Origin: Podarcis muralis | Lineage: Eukaryota | Assembly (NCBI RefSeq): GCF_964188315.1 | Contig: NC_135667.1 | Location: 8,370,001 to 8,434,000, forward strand | DNA length: 64,000 nt | Direction of reading: 5' to 3' | Shown: positions 11,775 through 24,800 of the stretch, one piece after another | Layout of the letters: the number at the start of each line of letters is the position of its first letter | Numbering within the stretch: position 1 is the first letter of the stretch | Program-made: the position numbers and the translations under genes | The notes under the pieces: generated by a model | What the model saw: the letters and a program-made list of their open reading frames with translations, nothing else | Told to the model about the DNA's origin: nothing | The model's database searches: none

Positions 11775-14700
11775 CCTAAATCTCAGTGCTTCATTCATCT
11801 GAGAATAAGACTGACTGAACAAAATTGATTGCTGTTCTGAATAGAAATACATAGGTTGGAATGGGAATGTGTCAGATGTGTTTCTATTGGGATCAATGGG
11901 ACGTTGAAAGTCACAATGAACTTGTCTCATTGATTTTAATAAGAACTAACTGTAAGGAAATTATGGTATAGTCCAGAGCCACAATCTTCTCAAAATGACT
12001 GAAGGAATCCAACACAATGTCCTGATGTCACTGGCATGAAGTCACAAAGAGCCAAGGGTGGAGTGAAACTGCCCTCTAAAAAATGTGTAGTGTTTTTTTT
12101 TTTTGGGGGGGGGGAACTGCCTTGGCACCTAAGACTTGGCTCATATGGTGCAATCCTACAAATAAACACCAGAAGCTGTCTTATGCAGAGTCATACTATT
12201 AGTTAATCTAGCTCAGTATAATAAACAGTAATGGGTAGCAGTTTCCCAGAGTTTCTAGCACAGCGACATTCCCAGACCTAGCTGGAGATGTCAACTCTTG
12301 GACCTAGGATCACCTAGAAGAAAAACAGATGATCCACCAAACTGTTGCAGAGCAGCAGCCCACCCACAACTGTCTACTAAGAGGTAAGCCCCACAGAGTT
12401 CAATGGAACTTATTTCCTGATAAGTGTAAGATTGTCACACACATTCTTTATTATAGTCCAAAGACCGACAAAAGCGAATTTGAAAGCAAACTACAGCAGA
12501 AATTCAGGAAAGACAGTACTAGGCAGTGTTTAGGGTTCTAGGTTTCATGGTCCAGGAAAAACTTGGTATAAGAATTGCTCACATACCAAAGAGATATAGC
12601 TGTGGGTTTTGTTCTGTTTTTATTTGTATTGTTTGGTGTTTCTTAGCTTAGAAATATGATTTGCGAGAAGAGAAAATAACCTCATTTCAAACTATATTTT
12701 AATTTGAGACAGAAATGATCCATATTATGATATGTTGATTCCACACACTGTAGAATTTACACTTGAATTCATTTGCAGTGTGGTGACGAAATTCTACCAG
12801 CACACCCTTGCCTTGGCATTTGCTGTAAAAGAGATAAATGACAGCCCCAAGATCTTGCCCAATCTCACCCTTGGATTCCACATCTATGATAGTTATTACG
12901 ATGCAAGGATGACGTATCGGACAACTCTGGACCTACTTTTCAAATCGAATAGATTTATCCCCAACTATACATGTGACATGGAGAAAAACCTCATAGCCAT
13001 CATTGGAGGACTTAGCTCTGATACCTCCTTCTATATGGCTGACACCATAGGCGTCTACAAGATTCCTCAGGTAGCAGCTTTGAATGGGAACAGGGATGTG
13101 GATTTTCACAATGTACACTCTTCCATTGCTTATAATCCAGATTGGCCATGAAGCTCAATTGGAAAACATCTTTGAAACATCAACTGGTGCAAAATGCAGG
13201 AGTCATGTTATTAGCTGGGATTCAATTTAGAATGATACTAATAATAGTAATGGTGATGATGATGATAATGATCATAGAGCTTTAGCAAGATATTATAAAC
13301 TGATCCACTAGCCTAACATACCAGTGCTGAATCTCCAGAAAATGTACAAAATGAAGGAAGGAAGACAATTTCCAGAATTTTTTATTTTAAACAATCGAAA
13401 TAATTCTAGAGAATTTAGCTAGAAAAGGGAAGTTGGGTTTAACTGTCCCTGAACCCACACCTTGCTCTGAATTACATTTGTTGAATGAACAGGCACATGC
13501 TCAAAATGAAGGTTTATCTTAATGTTAACTCCATCATCTCTGTACACTTCCTTTTAGATCACATATGGATCTTTTCCCCCAGGGGAGAGTGATACAGATC
13601 ACTCCCCTTCCTTTTTCCGCATGGTACCCAATGACAGCCATCAATATATGGCAATCATCAGCTTACTAAAGCATTTTGGATGGACATGGGTTGGACTTTA
13701 TGTTGTAGAGGGTGACGGTGGAGAAAAATTCCTGCAGACCCTGGAACCATTGCTGTCCAAGTATGGAATCTGTTCAGCCTTCTTCCAAAATATACCACAA
13801 GTAGCCCATTTAGATAAGCTGGGTAAAACGATGGATGTGATCTTGGATCTCTCTCTCTCTCTAAGAGATAATAAAGTCAGCGCATGTATAATCTTTGGAG
13901 AAAGTTTAACCATTGTTTGGATGAGAACTGCTATATTTTTTAGTGATCCTGAAAATAAGAAAAGCTCATCGTTTAGAAAGGTTTGGATCATAACAACCCA
14001 GATTGAATTAATATTAACAGGTTTTCAAAGGTCTTGGGATCTTGATTCCTTTCAAGGTGCAATTTCCTTAACAATTCACTTAAAAGAGCTTCTAGGATTC
14101 AACACATTTCTTCAGAATATAAAGCCTGATAGAATAGACAGAGATGGTTTCCTCAAGGACGTCTGGGAGCAAGCATTTGACTGTACATTGCCAACCCCCA
14201 GTGTGCCTTTGGATAGTAATGAACATTGTACTGGGGAAGAGAGACTGAAGAGCCTTCCGGGGGCACTGTTTGAAATGGGCATGACTGGCCACAGCTACAG
14301 TATCTACAATGCTGTCTATGTTGTGGCTCATGCTTTGCATGCCATTGTCTCCACTAGATTGAAGCAGAAGACTTTAATGGCAGATGGAAAGTTGGATCTT
14401 CAAGACTGGCAACCTCTGAAGGTAATATATTGAAATAAAATTCTTCTTAATTCAGTGGGTTGAATATTCCAAGGAGGGATTGTACCAACAAGTACCTGAC
14501 AAAATGGCATTATACATTTATTCAATGAGAAAATTAGAATCATTTAGTCATAGAATTCTAGAGATGGAAGGTCCCCAAGGCTCATCTACTCCAATCCCAG
14601 CAATGGAGGAATGTGTGTGGTTTATGTTTACATCATCTCATGCACATTTTGCCTGAAAAGAAATTCGGTCTACAATAAATCTGTTATGGCAAGGCAGCAA

Positions 14701-15040
14701 ACCAAAATTGAGATCTGCTGGGATGAGAGTTTATTGGAATCCTTGGCTCTCCGGCTGATCCATCTGATGTTTCCCATCCCAGCAATACTGAAGATACTCT
14801 GATTATGTCTTCCATCCCAGGTTAACTGTGTTTCAGCTGACTGAGCCAAGGATTTGATAGGTTAAAGAGGGGGGTTTGTGGAGAGGGCAGGGTGAAAATT
14901 ACTCCAATTCTAAAACCTTTTCAGCTCATTCACAGGAGCCAGAGACCCAGATGAACCCATTTTGGGGCGAAGGGGTCGTATAAGACAAACTCTGTATTAA
15001 AGGCCTTTTGCCCTGACCTAGGCTTGTACCTTTTGAAATA

Positions 15041-15263
15041 CAGTCAAACCTTGTCTGTCGAATGCAATCCGTTCCAGAAACCTTCCACAACCGAGGCGCG
15101 GCTTCCGATTGGTTGCATGAGCTACTAACACTCAAGCAGAAGGTGTGTCAAAGCTTTGGTTACTAAAAACAATTTGAAAACCAGAGCATTTACTTCCAGG
15201 TTTTCGGCATTCGGGAGCCAAAATGTAAGATAACGGAGGTGTTTGGAAACCGTAGTTTGATTA
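15041..15263. mobile_element. Tc1/pogo-type MITE in V2R-B intron 3
   Basis: ta|cagtcaaacc ... tagtttgatta|ta (imperfect TIR, TA flanks). Absent at the paralogous position in V2R-C (about 27620). Confidence 0.65.
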
Positions 15264-16449
15264 TAGTTACAAAAGAGGGACTTTTCAAATCACAGCATTT
15301 TGCTTCAATTGTTTATCAATTTTTACCCCTTTATGTCTTGTTATATTTCAATTAGCTGCAAACTTTTCTTTGTGGCATTATATTTAATAACTGCAGGAGA
15401 AACATTGAGTTTCAATGGTAAAAAGGAAATGGAAGGTGTATTTGACATCATGAACATAGTCACATTCCCAAACAAGTCCTTCCTTCGAGTGAAAGTTGGT
15501 CAAGTGGACAATGATGCTCTTGAAGCAAGAAGAATCATCATTCATGAGGACATGATTAAATGGCACAAGGGTTTTAACCAGGTATGGGTCCGGGAGTATT
15601 ATTGTGGGCCCTGCAAGCTATATCTGAAAAACAAAATGGTTGAAATGCAAAGGTCCCAAGTTCAATCCTCTGAATCTCCAAGTAGACTTTGAAAATAACA
15701 CTGGTCTGTAATCAAAAGCAGCAAGATGAACCAATGATCAGCTCCCCCCCCCACACACACACACTTTTAAGAGATTTTTTTAAGACAGGTACTTCTATAG
15801 GACACGATTATATTTGAAATTTCTGGGATTGTATTTCAAGTTCATGAGCAAAATATAAAACAAATAAAGAAATTAAATATCTTTTTGTAGTGAGGAATGG
15901 AGAATTTCCCCCATCTGAATTTTCTTTCCTCCTTATGGATAGGTGGTGCCTATTTCTGTGTGTAACGACTGCTGCTCCCCTGGTCATCAAAAGAAAAGTA
16001 AGGAAGGAGAGAAATTTTGCTGCTACGATTGTGCTCCATGTCCAGAAGGGAAGATTTCAGACCAGAATGGTTTGTGACATAGAATTCCTGTTTTATTTTC
16101 ACTGGATAGGAATAGGATGGTTTGCGTCTTTAGATCTAAATGGTATATTTAAATACCATGCTGTTTGGAATGTTTCTCTGTTGACTTTCAATATCTTCCC
16201 AAGGGCATTTTGAAAAATGTCCACCAGCAAGGTCCAGCAGGGCAGCAGATCCCAGTATGGATCTTAATTCAAGGCCAACCTACCCACTAGGAAAGGTGAG
16301 GTGACTGCCTCAAGAAGCAGAATGCACATGGGTAGAAAATATCCATGTGAGTTTTACATCCCCTCTTCTTTCTGTTGCCATGGGGTCAGCTTCAGGTGCC
16401 AAAATCTCTTGGGCCAACCCTGAAATAAACACTAAACCACACATACATA

Positions 16450-16764
16450 CAGTGGTGCCCCGCAAGACGAATGCCTCACAAGACGAAAAACTCGCTAGAC
16501 GAAAGGGTTTTCCGTTTTTTGAGTCATCCCGCAAGACGAATTTCCCTATGGGCTTGCTTCCCAAGACTTGCGAGTTCTTGCGAGTTTGTTTCCTTTTTCT
16601 TAAAGCCGCTAAGCCGTTAATAGCCGCTAAGCCGCTAAGCCGTTAATAGCCACTAAGCCGCTAATAGCCACTAAGCCGCTAATAGCCGTGCTTCGCAAGA
16701 CGAAAAAACCGCAAGACGAAGAGACTCGCGGAACGGATTAATTTCGTCTTGCGGGGCACCACTG
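16450..16764. mobile_element. Tc1/pogo (Tigger-like) MITE with internal minisatellite
   Basis: Perfect 22-bp TIR cagtggtgccccgcaagacgaa, TA on both sides, and internal gccgctaa-type repeats at about 16604-16687. Confidence 0.9.
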
Positions 16765-16849
16765 TATATGAAAGCCAAGAGGAAACAGAAATACATTGAA
16801 AACATTCCACCCACTTCCAAAAGGCCACATATAGTTAAAAGCCAAAAGG

Positions 16850-17340
16850 CTTAGTGGTCAAAGTAAACATATGCCTTGCACATAAAGATATATAATGATA
16901 TTCCGACTGGAGCCTCCCCAGGGAGAGCATTCCACAAATGGGCAGCCACCACACCAAAGGTCAATTCTGGGGATTGGCTTCTCCAGATCTCTTGTTGAGG
17001 GGATAGGAGAACAGCCTCAGATGACAATAGGAAATTCTGGTACAGTTCATATGGGGAGAGGCAGTCCTGGGAGAATTTCATCCTGGGGCATTTTAAGGCC
17101 TTATATGTCAAAACCAGAACTTTGAAATGGGCCCAGAAACTAATGGGGAACTAGTGCAGTCAGACCAGAGTGAGTTTTATGTTCACACTATCTTGCCTAG
17201 AACAGCAACATGGCCACAGTATTATGCCCAAGCTGAAGTTTCTAAACCATCTTCAGAGGTGGTCCATCTATAACACGTTGCAGTTATCTAACCTATATAT
17301 AACCAAAGGAAAGATGACAGAAGTTAGGCTATCCCTGTCC
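16850..17340 (-). mobile_element. Old L2/CR1-like LINE fragment
   Basis: The minus strand gives degenerate TYKALKC..QDCLSPYE..AAHLWNALP, resembling the L2 C-terminus. Confidence 0.55.
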
Positions 17341-20039
17341 AGAAAAAGGCAGATGTGGTAGAGGCCAAAACTGAGGATGCAACCACCAATTAATCTAGGG
17401 AACCTCATTCTTATCTGGATTGTGCTTCAGTTTATAAGTAGAATCATGAAAATAACTATCCACTGTCTCTGCATCCAGCCAAAATAGGTGCAAATGTTGT
17501 AATAGCTGCTACACAGTATCACATAACATGCGTTAGAATAATTGTTATACAGAAAGCCCACAATTTACCCAGGAATTACAATTACAGGATCACACCTAAA
17601 GCCCAAGTTTTGTATAGTCAAAATTACTGGATTCAGTGGCAGGTGGGATTGGCCAAGTCTTTTTTTCCCAGGCACAAGCTCCCTTTCCTCTCTTTATTTT
17701 TCATTTGCTTGCCAATTGTGTAAAGTACACAAAGGTCAAATGTGTGTAAGTTGTCGGCTAATTAAAGTGCACTTCCATTTTACAACAGTGCATTAAGAAT
17801 GTCCAGGTTGAAATCCCAAAACGGTCATATGGGAGGCAAATGAAGCAAATAATTTTTTTTTTAGAATTTGACCTGTTTCTGTTTTTCAGATATGGATGAC
17901 TGTTTCAGATGCCCAGAAGACCAATATGCAAACAGGAACAAAGATGGATGCATCTCCAAATCAATGAGCTTTCTTTCTTATGAAGAACCATTAGGGATCA
18001 GCTTAGCCTCAATTGCTATTTGTTTCTCCATTGTCACAACTTTAGTGTTTTTAGCTTTTGTGAAGCACAGAGATACACCCATTGTCAAAGCCAACAACTG
18101 AGATCTCACCTACACTCTCCTCATCTCTCTTCTGCTCTGCTTTCAATCTTCTTTGCTATTCATTGGCAAACCAGGGGAAATGGCTTGCTTCCTCAGACAA
18201 CCTACTTTTGGCATCATCTTCTCAATGGCTGTTTCTTGTGTGCTGGCCAAAACCATTACCGTAGTTGTAGCTTTCATGGCCACCAAGCCAGGCTCCAGCC
18301 TGAGGAAGTGGGTGGGGAAAAGACTGGCCAACTCCATAGTCCTTTCCTGCTCTTTGACTCAAGCAAGTCTGTGTACTCTCTGGTTGGCAACTTCTCCTCC
18401 ATTCCCAGATTTAGACATGCACTCACTAATGGAAGAAATCACTGTGCAATGTAATGAAGGGTCTGTGACCTTGTTTTCCTGTGTCCTGGGCTACATGGGC
18501 CTCCTGGCTTTCTTCAGCTTCCTCTCAGCATTCCTGGCCCGCAAATTACCTGACAGTTTCAATGAAGCCAAGTTCATTACTTTCAGCATGTTGCTCTTTT
18601 GCAGTGTTTGGTTGTGCTTTGTCCCAACCTACCTGAGCACCAAAGGGAAGTACATGGTGATGGTGGAGATCTTCTCCATCTTGGCCTCCAGTGCTGGGTT
18701 ACTGGGCTGCATCTTTGCCCCAAAATGCTATATTATTATGCTGAGGCCAGAGCTGAACAACAGAGAGCAACTAATAAGAATAAAGAATTAAGGCAGCTCT
18801 TTGATTTGCCATCATTTTATTGTTAAAAAGGAAGGGGTAAGGTTTATGCATAATTCATTTATACTATTTAAAAAAGTTCATTTAAAATTATTTACGTGTT
18901 GACTTCTTGGAGGAAATTTTGCTGGTTAACACTCCCATTGCCAGCTAAGACTTAAATCTTTGTTAGTACACTCTCCCTTGTGTGATGGGGAGATTAACCT
19001 CACATGCTCTGAAGAAAGCGGTTCTTTAAACTGAGTATGAGAACTTTCTGGAGGCAGATAACATTTTGGAGAGAATCTGACATTGTGCCCAGATACTGCA
19101 CAATATCCTTGAAGGTTAGCTCTCAAATCAGCAAAACCTCTCTTCTTTTAACAATATTTGATATTGGGATATTTTGAGATTATAACATGGATGACCCTTT
19201 CTGCCAATTAATTTTCACCTGGAATGTGACTTAACTGCTGCCATAAAAAGAGACATTAGTTAGAATATCTAACAGACTGTAAACTAATACCAAAGACATA
19301 CCTATTTATTTCAGATTCAGAAAGAAGATAAATGGAAAAGGATGCTTTGGTGATTAAGAATAATAATTTTTTTTTTTTTTTACTTTTAACCCCCCTTCCT
19401 TTCTGTGAGTACTGGCTTCTTATTAAAGAGACAGACACAAGACTTCAAGGCAGACACTGTTAAGGTGGAGAGAAATATAATCCAATATGGCAAAGATATT
19501 GTTGAATGCCCCACTGACTGTTGGTATTGTGTGGCATTTATTGGGTGAGCAATTGAAAGAGTTCATAGCTGAGAAGGATAAAATGATAAACAAAAATTGA
19601 TCAGAGAAAAATCAGACCAAAGAATACATAGGACCTTTGTTTGTGTTGGTGTGGGTGGGGGGTGGGTGATACTGATCAAGGTCTGCCTGAATGGAAAGGA
19701 GAATGGTTGCAGGTGATGGAATGGACAAGACCTTCAGAAAGGTGTCTGGAGGCATGAGCCAGACAAATGAAGGAGTTGTTATGCTGAAGGAGTGGAATGA
19801 ATCAATTGATAGAGATAACAAGAAACTGCATGAGATGCCAGAGATAGAGTCTAAAGAAAGGATCCTGTGTACAAGTTGGAATGAATTTAGAGGGGAAAGC
19901 CACCAAGCCTCCGGCCTTTTGGAAACAGAATGAAATAAGAGGAAATGGAAGGGACTTTCTTTTTAAATCAGGACGTGAAATCATGGCAAACTGGAAATGA
20001 GACTGGAAGATATGGAGCTGCATAACACAGTGATTAGTA

Positions 20040-20300
20040 GCCTACATAAAGGGGAAATTCTCTTTTATGTATTGGGGTTCCAAGCTGTATATGGCTTTGT
20101 ACACCAATACCAGCACATTGAACTCATTTGCAGGCAGTTCAGTTCCTTCATCTGCAGTGGTATAACATGATGGTGAAACTTTGCTCCAGTGAGCACCGCA
20201 GTTTGCGCTAGCTGTGCATTCCAGGCCAGCCTCAGGGGCAGTCTCACAAAAGGTGCATTGCATCCGTAAGGCAATCTGGAGGTTACCCATGCAAGCAAAA
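20040..20300 (-). mobile_element. Old L2-like LINE fragment (duplicate of 5415-5650)
   Basis: Nearly identical to 5415-5650 apart from a roughly 21-nt indel. Confidence 0.6.
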
Positions 20301-20342
20301 CACCATCAGGAAGTTTTAACAGTCTGGATAATCAATTGATTA

Positions 20343-20973
20343 TAGAACTTTCTTTATGTATGCAACAACAGCAGCAAGAATACTTATTGCAAAGTATTGG
20401 AAGACACAAGATTTACCCACCCTGGAAGAGTGGCAGATGAAGGTGATGGACTATATGGAATTGGCAGAAATGACTGGCAGAATCCGAGACCAGGGAGAAG
20501 AGTTGGTGGAAGAAGATTGGAAGAAATTTAAAGACTACTTGCAGAAATACTGTAAAATTAATGAATGTTAAAATGATGTTGGATTGAAAATAAGTGGTAT
20601 TGGTAACAAGGTTAATAAGAATATGCAAATATGGATTGATAATTGATGAAAATGCATAGTTATAATAGGTCAAGATATAGAGTTAAGATAAATGAAAGAG
20701 GGTAAGGATTTGCTGAATGGATTATGTAAATGGGAACACAAAAAGGGGAGGTGTGAGGAGGTCAAGGAAACAAGCAAATGAACTTAAAGATATTGAAAAA
20801 TGGATTTTTTATTTTTTCTTAGCTATTTGGTTTTTGAACTTTGTATTTTTTTCTTTCTTTTTTTCTTTCTTTTCTTCTATGTTTTCTTTTTAGTATGTTA
20901 ATTACTGTTTTAATTTTTTTTATTTTGTAAACCTATGTTTTTTGTAAAACGCTAATAAATATATAAAAAGAAA
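20343..20973 (+). mobile_element. 5'-truncated L1-like LINE
   Basis: 16-bp TSD gataatcaattgatta at 20327-20342 and 20974-20989. ORF2 C-terminal remnant AARILIAKYWK...EEW...DWKKFKDYL, then aataaa and an A-rich tail. The empty site is at about 5683-5700. Confidence 0.85.
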
Positions 20974-21389
20974 GATAATCAATTGATTAATTCTCCTCTT
21001 TTTGATGATGCATCTGGTGTGTGGGTGTGTTGTGCTTTGCGGAGGAGGTTCCCCTAGACTATTAGTGTAAAGAAATGTGTTTCCCTGCCTTCTGTAAAAC
21101 TAGGGTTACATGTGTGGCCCTTAGTTCAGGATTTTCTGTTTTGCATCCACAAAGAAAATGGCACCACTCTGACTTTCCTGGGTATGTTCATTTGCCACAG
21201 AAGATTTCAAGCCACTTGCCACTTTGTAGGCCACTCAGGGTCAGAGGTAACATGGAGTCACATTTTAGAAAACAAACCCAGCTGAACTTGTTGGTTACCA
21301 AAACTGCTACTCTGAGCTAATACTCTGAAAACAATATTATCTATTCATGCAATTAAACAAATCATTATATTTTGCTCAATTTGTCCAGG

Positions 21390-21555
21390 CTCAAGAGACT
21401 TTCCAGTAGTCACTTGGAAAAATTCAATAGGAAAGCCTAGAAGTTGTTATAATAAATAATGTTGTATTCAGTAGAGTGGTGAGGTTAGAGGCAAAGGCCA
21501 GAGAAGACCATGCTCATCTTATTTCTCACGTTTTCCTTTTATTGGCCAGACTTGA
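21390..21555 (+). promoter_or_regulatory. Conserved upstream module of V2R-C
   Basis: Same gagactttc / gttataataa / tattggccagact (21540) series. Confidence 0.4.
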
Positions 21556-21822
21556 AATGGGTGCTGGCAATCTCACCTTCTAACCAAGGCTCCATTTGTT
21601 ACACTTTGATTCTAAAATGCAACTCACAAATATCGTCTGGAATTTTTTTGCCAGAGCCATTTATTACCCAATGTAGTCCCTTCCTCTCAAAGGAAATGAG
21701 AGCAACAGCATATTATAGATCAATTAAAGCACCTTGCAATGTCTAAAGGGTATACTGATAAAGACATAGACTGCATGATTTTTCTCCTTAAGAGGCTTGT
21801 GTGCCTCTGCTACACTGCTAGG

Positions 21823-24800
21823 ATGTTTTGTGTATTTGTGTTGCTGTTTTTGCAAGTGCCTGGAGTGTGCAATGCAGATACGACCAGGTGTCCCACCAGT
21901 GACCCCTTTCCTGTTCCCCATGAGTGGTACCAGCCAGGTGGCCTCATCATCGGTGGGATTTCTTCTCAGATATTTTATCAATTTGATGAAGTTTCCTTCA
22001 GAGAACAGCCTTCACAGAACATGTTCAAAATTCCATAGTAAGTGTCTCCCCCGTATCCCTTCAAATCCCCATTCCTTTTGTGTCATGTCTCCTAGATTTT
22101 AAGATTTAATGTAGTGAGTTTCTTATCACTGAAATATGTAAGCCACTTTGGAATACTTTTCTGGCTGAAAAGGATAAAAATGCTTCAGGCAAATATATGA
22201 TTATACTGGTTCACAAAGAAGCATTTACATAATTGAGAAAGCTCCAACAGGTCAACCCCTGAGTACTTCTCATTGTCAGTCACTGCCTGGTTATTGCTTT
22301 CCATCCCCAAGGAAAATGGCACCACTCTTCTACTCAGCTTGCAGACTTTCAGCACAGAAAATTGTTCTCCATTTTATAAAGTGATAGAGAGAAGGGAATA
22401 AGGTATAAGTTTGGCTTTAACTGCACCCAAAGTATGTGTGATTTCTACACAGCCCTGGTGTTTGGGAGGTGGAGAGTAAAGATGAAAAAGATAACGTTGA
22501 AACTGAATTCAAATGTAAATCTAGTGCTGTATCAAACCTGGCCTTCCAGTTTCACAAAATATTTCTTCCCCATGAAAGTGGTTTATAAAATTCCTTTTAC
22601 CTTTAAAGAAACCATTTGTGCACCTAATTATGAACCAGAAGAATTTGTTAATGTCCAGGATGGAATGGGGACTACATTGGCGCCCGGGGTGATTTTCAAT
22701 TTAATAGTAGATGTCCAGGATTTTCTGTGTAAGCAGAAGCAGTGATTTTCTCCCAGATGTTGTCTTCTTTTTGCACTTTCCTTTTCTTTACACTTCAAGT
22801 AAAGAAAGAATTCTACTGGGTCACAAATAATTAAATACATCCACCTCTGGGCACTCCTCAGTCTCAATCACATTCGGAGGGCAAAGTGTTCTCAAAATGT
22901 TCTATCTCAAATTTGAAGCTCATGCTTCTCAAATGAATGGAACCTATTTATTACTTCATTTGATATTGTTTATTTCATTTCTGAATTGCTTTACATGAGG
23001 CTAAGGATGAAAAAAGGCTTTGTTTTCCATTCTACCCTGTATATATCACATGCAACACAGATTTTGTTCTGTTCTGCTGAAGTTTATCTTCCACCAAAAA
23101 CTAATCTATTCATGTGACTGTCCACTGAGATGAATTTATGTATGTATCCATTGCATTGTTTCATGCAATTAATTTCAGTGCACAAGAAACACAATAAAAA
23201 TGGGAGGGAAGTTAAATAAATCATTTGTCATTTGCAGCTTGTATGCAACTGGAACCTGAAGGGCCCTGCCCTGCTTCTCTCCACCTGGCTTGGGGCGGGG
23301 CCTGACAGGCTCCATCAAGGAGTGCTGCTGCTGCTGCTGCTGCTGGACAGAGAGGGCTCCGTTTTTGTTTGGTTGTTTTTTTAAAAAAATGGCTTTTATG
23401 TTTTATCTATGTCATTTTAAATTGTGATTGATATTAATGCTATATTCTTAGTTTTAGATTTTATGATTGAAATTGCTTTCCATTTGGTTATGTACTTTTT
23501 GAAGTGTTTTATTTATTGTTTATGACTTTTGTTACGCTGGTAATTGTGTAAATCTTGTCATGTTGTAAGCCGCCTTGAGCGTTGCTTTAACTATGGAAAG
23601 GCAGCATACAAATAAAATGATAATGATGATGATGATGATTTTCCTGGGATTGATTTCCTGTCTGGACATAGAAGGAATGAGCAAACAGTGGTAACTTCTG
23701 CTCCCATTTCTGTTTTTAGAAGAATTGCAATTGAACTTATCGTCATGAGACATGAAAAGAGCTAAGACACCGACACCTAAAAGAACAATTTAAAAGCAAT
23801 AAAACACATTATTTCAACTTTTACATTCCTTCGGAAAATGTTTCTTACACATCAAACTTATGCAGGCATCTTAGAATACATAAATGTTTATGTAAAATCT
23901 AATTTCTGATTTTAATTTTTATATGTTTCCTATTGTATCATTTAATGTATAATTTTTGTAAAGGGATGCAACTTTTTAATGAACATTTGTTTTTTATACA
24001 CACACACACTAACACACACACACTGCTAAATCTCAGTGCTTCATTCCTCTGAAAATAAGACCCACTTGAACAAAAAGGTTTGCTGTTCTGAATAGAAATA
24101 CATAGGTTAGAATGAGAATGTGTCAGATATTTTCCTATTGGAATCAATGGGACGTTGAAAGTCACAACTAATTTGTCTCATGGATTTTAATAAGAACTAA
24201 CTGTAATCTTCATGGCTGAGTTGGGATTTGAACCTTAGTCTCCCAGCAAGAGCTGGACCATAAAGAAGGCTGATCGCCGAAGAACTGATGCTTTTGAATT
24301 ATGGTGCTGGAGGAGACTCTTGAGAGTCCCATGGACTGCAAGAAGATACGTTTGATCCATTCTTAAGGAAATCAGCCCTGAGTGCTCACTGGAAGGGCAG
24401 ATCGTGAAGCTGAGGTTCCAATACTTTGGCCACCTCATGAGAAGAGACGACTCCCTGGAAAAGACCCTGATGTTGGGAAAGATTGAGGGCACAAGAAGAA
24501 GGGGACGACAGAGGACGAGATGGCTGGGCAGTGTTCTCGAAGCTAGAAACATGAGTCTGACCAAACTGCGGGAGGCAGTGGAAGACAGGAGTGCCTGGCG
24601 TGCTCTGGTCCATGGGGTCACGAAGAGTCGGACACGACTAAACGACTAAACAACAACAACTGTAAGGAAATTATGGTGTACTCAAGATGACTGAAGGAAT
24701 CCAACACGATGTCCTGATGTTACAGGCATGAAGTCGCAAAGAGCCGAGTGTGGAGTGAAACTGCCCTCTAAAAAATGTAGGTTTTTTGGGGGGGTGGGGG

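Larger units (their letters stand above)
6543..18791 (+). pseudogene. V2R-B: vomeronasal type-2 receptor pseudogene
   Basis: Exons 6543-6757, 12779-13070, 13558-14421, 15356-15581, 15943-16069 and 17890-18791, all GT-AG. Exon 4 is 226 nt instead of 228 (aactgca versus aactctgca in V2R-C), giving TAA at 15419-15421. Exon 6 has CGA>TGA at 18099-18101. Confidence 0.92.

Noticed and set aside
11341-11930. Several 94-153 aa ORFs over the GC-rich head of the 1.65-kb element
   Set aside because: They are stop-poor because of GC content and the adjacent microsatellite; no domain is recognisable.
12779-13070. All 5 exon-2 differences between B and C are non-synonymous
   Set aside because: With about three quarters of random changes being non-synonymous, 5 of 5 is not significant, and B is a pseudogene.
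16604-16687. Short tandem repeat array superficially like a CRISPR or regulatory array
   Set aside because: No unique spacers; it is a minisatellite inside a TIR-bounded MITE in a vertebrate genome.
21739-21822. Upstream in-frame extension of exon 1 and a possible AG|ACTG 5' UTR acceptor about 60 nt before the ATG
   Set aside because: The extension is not conserved in sequence or frame in B and E, the pyrimidine tract is weak, and the shared ATG is followed directly by a signal peptide. It cannot be supported without transcripts.
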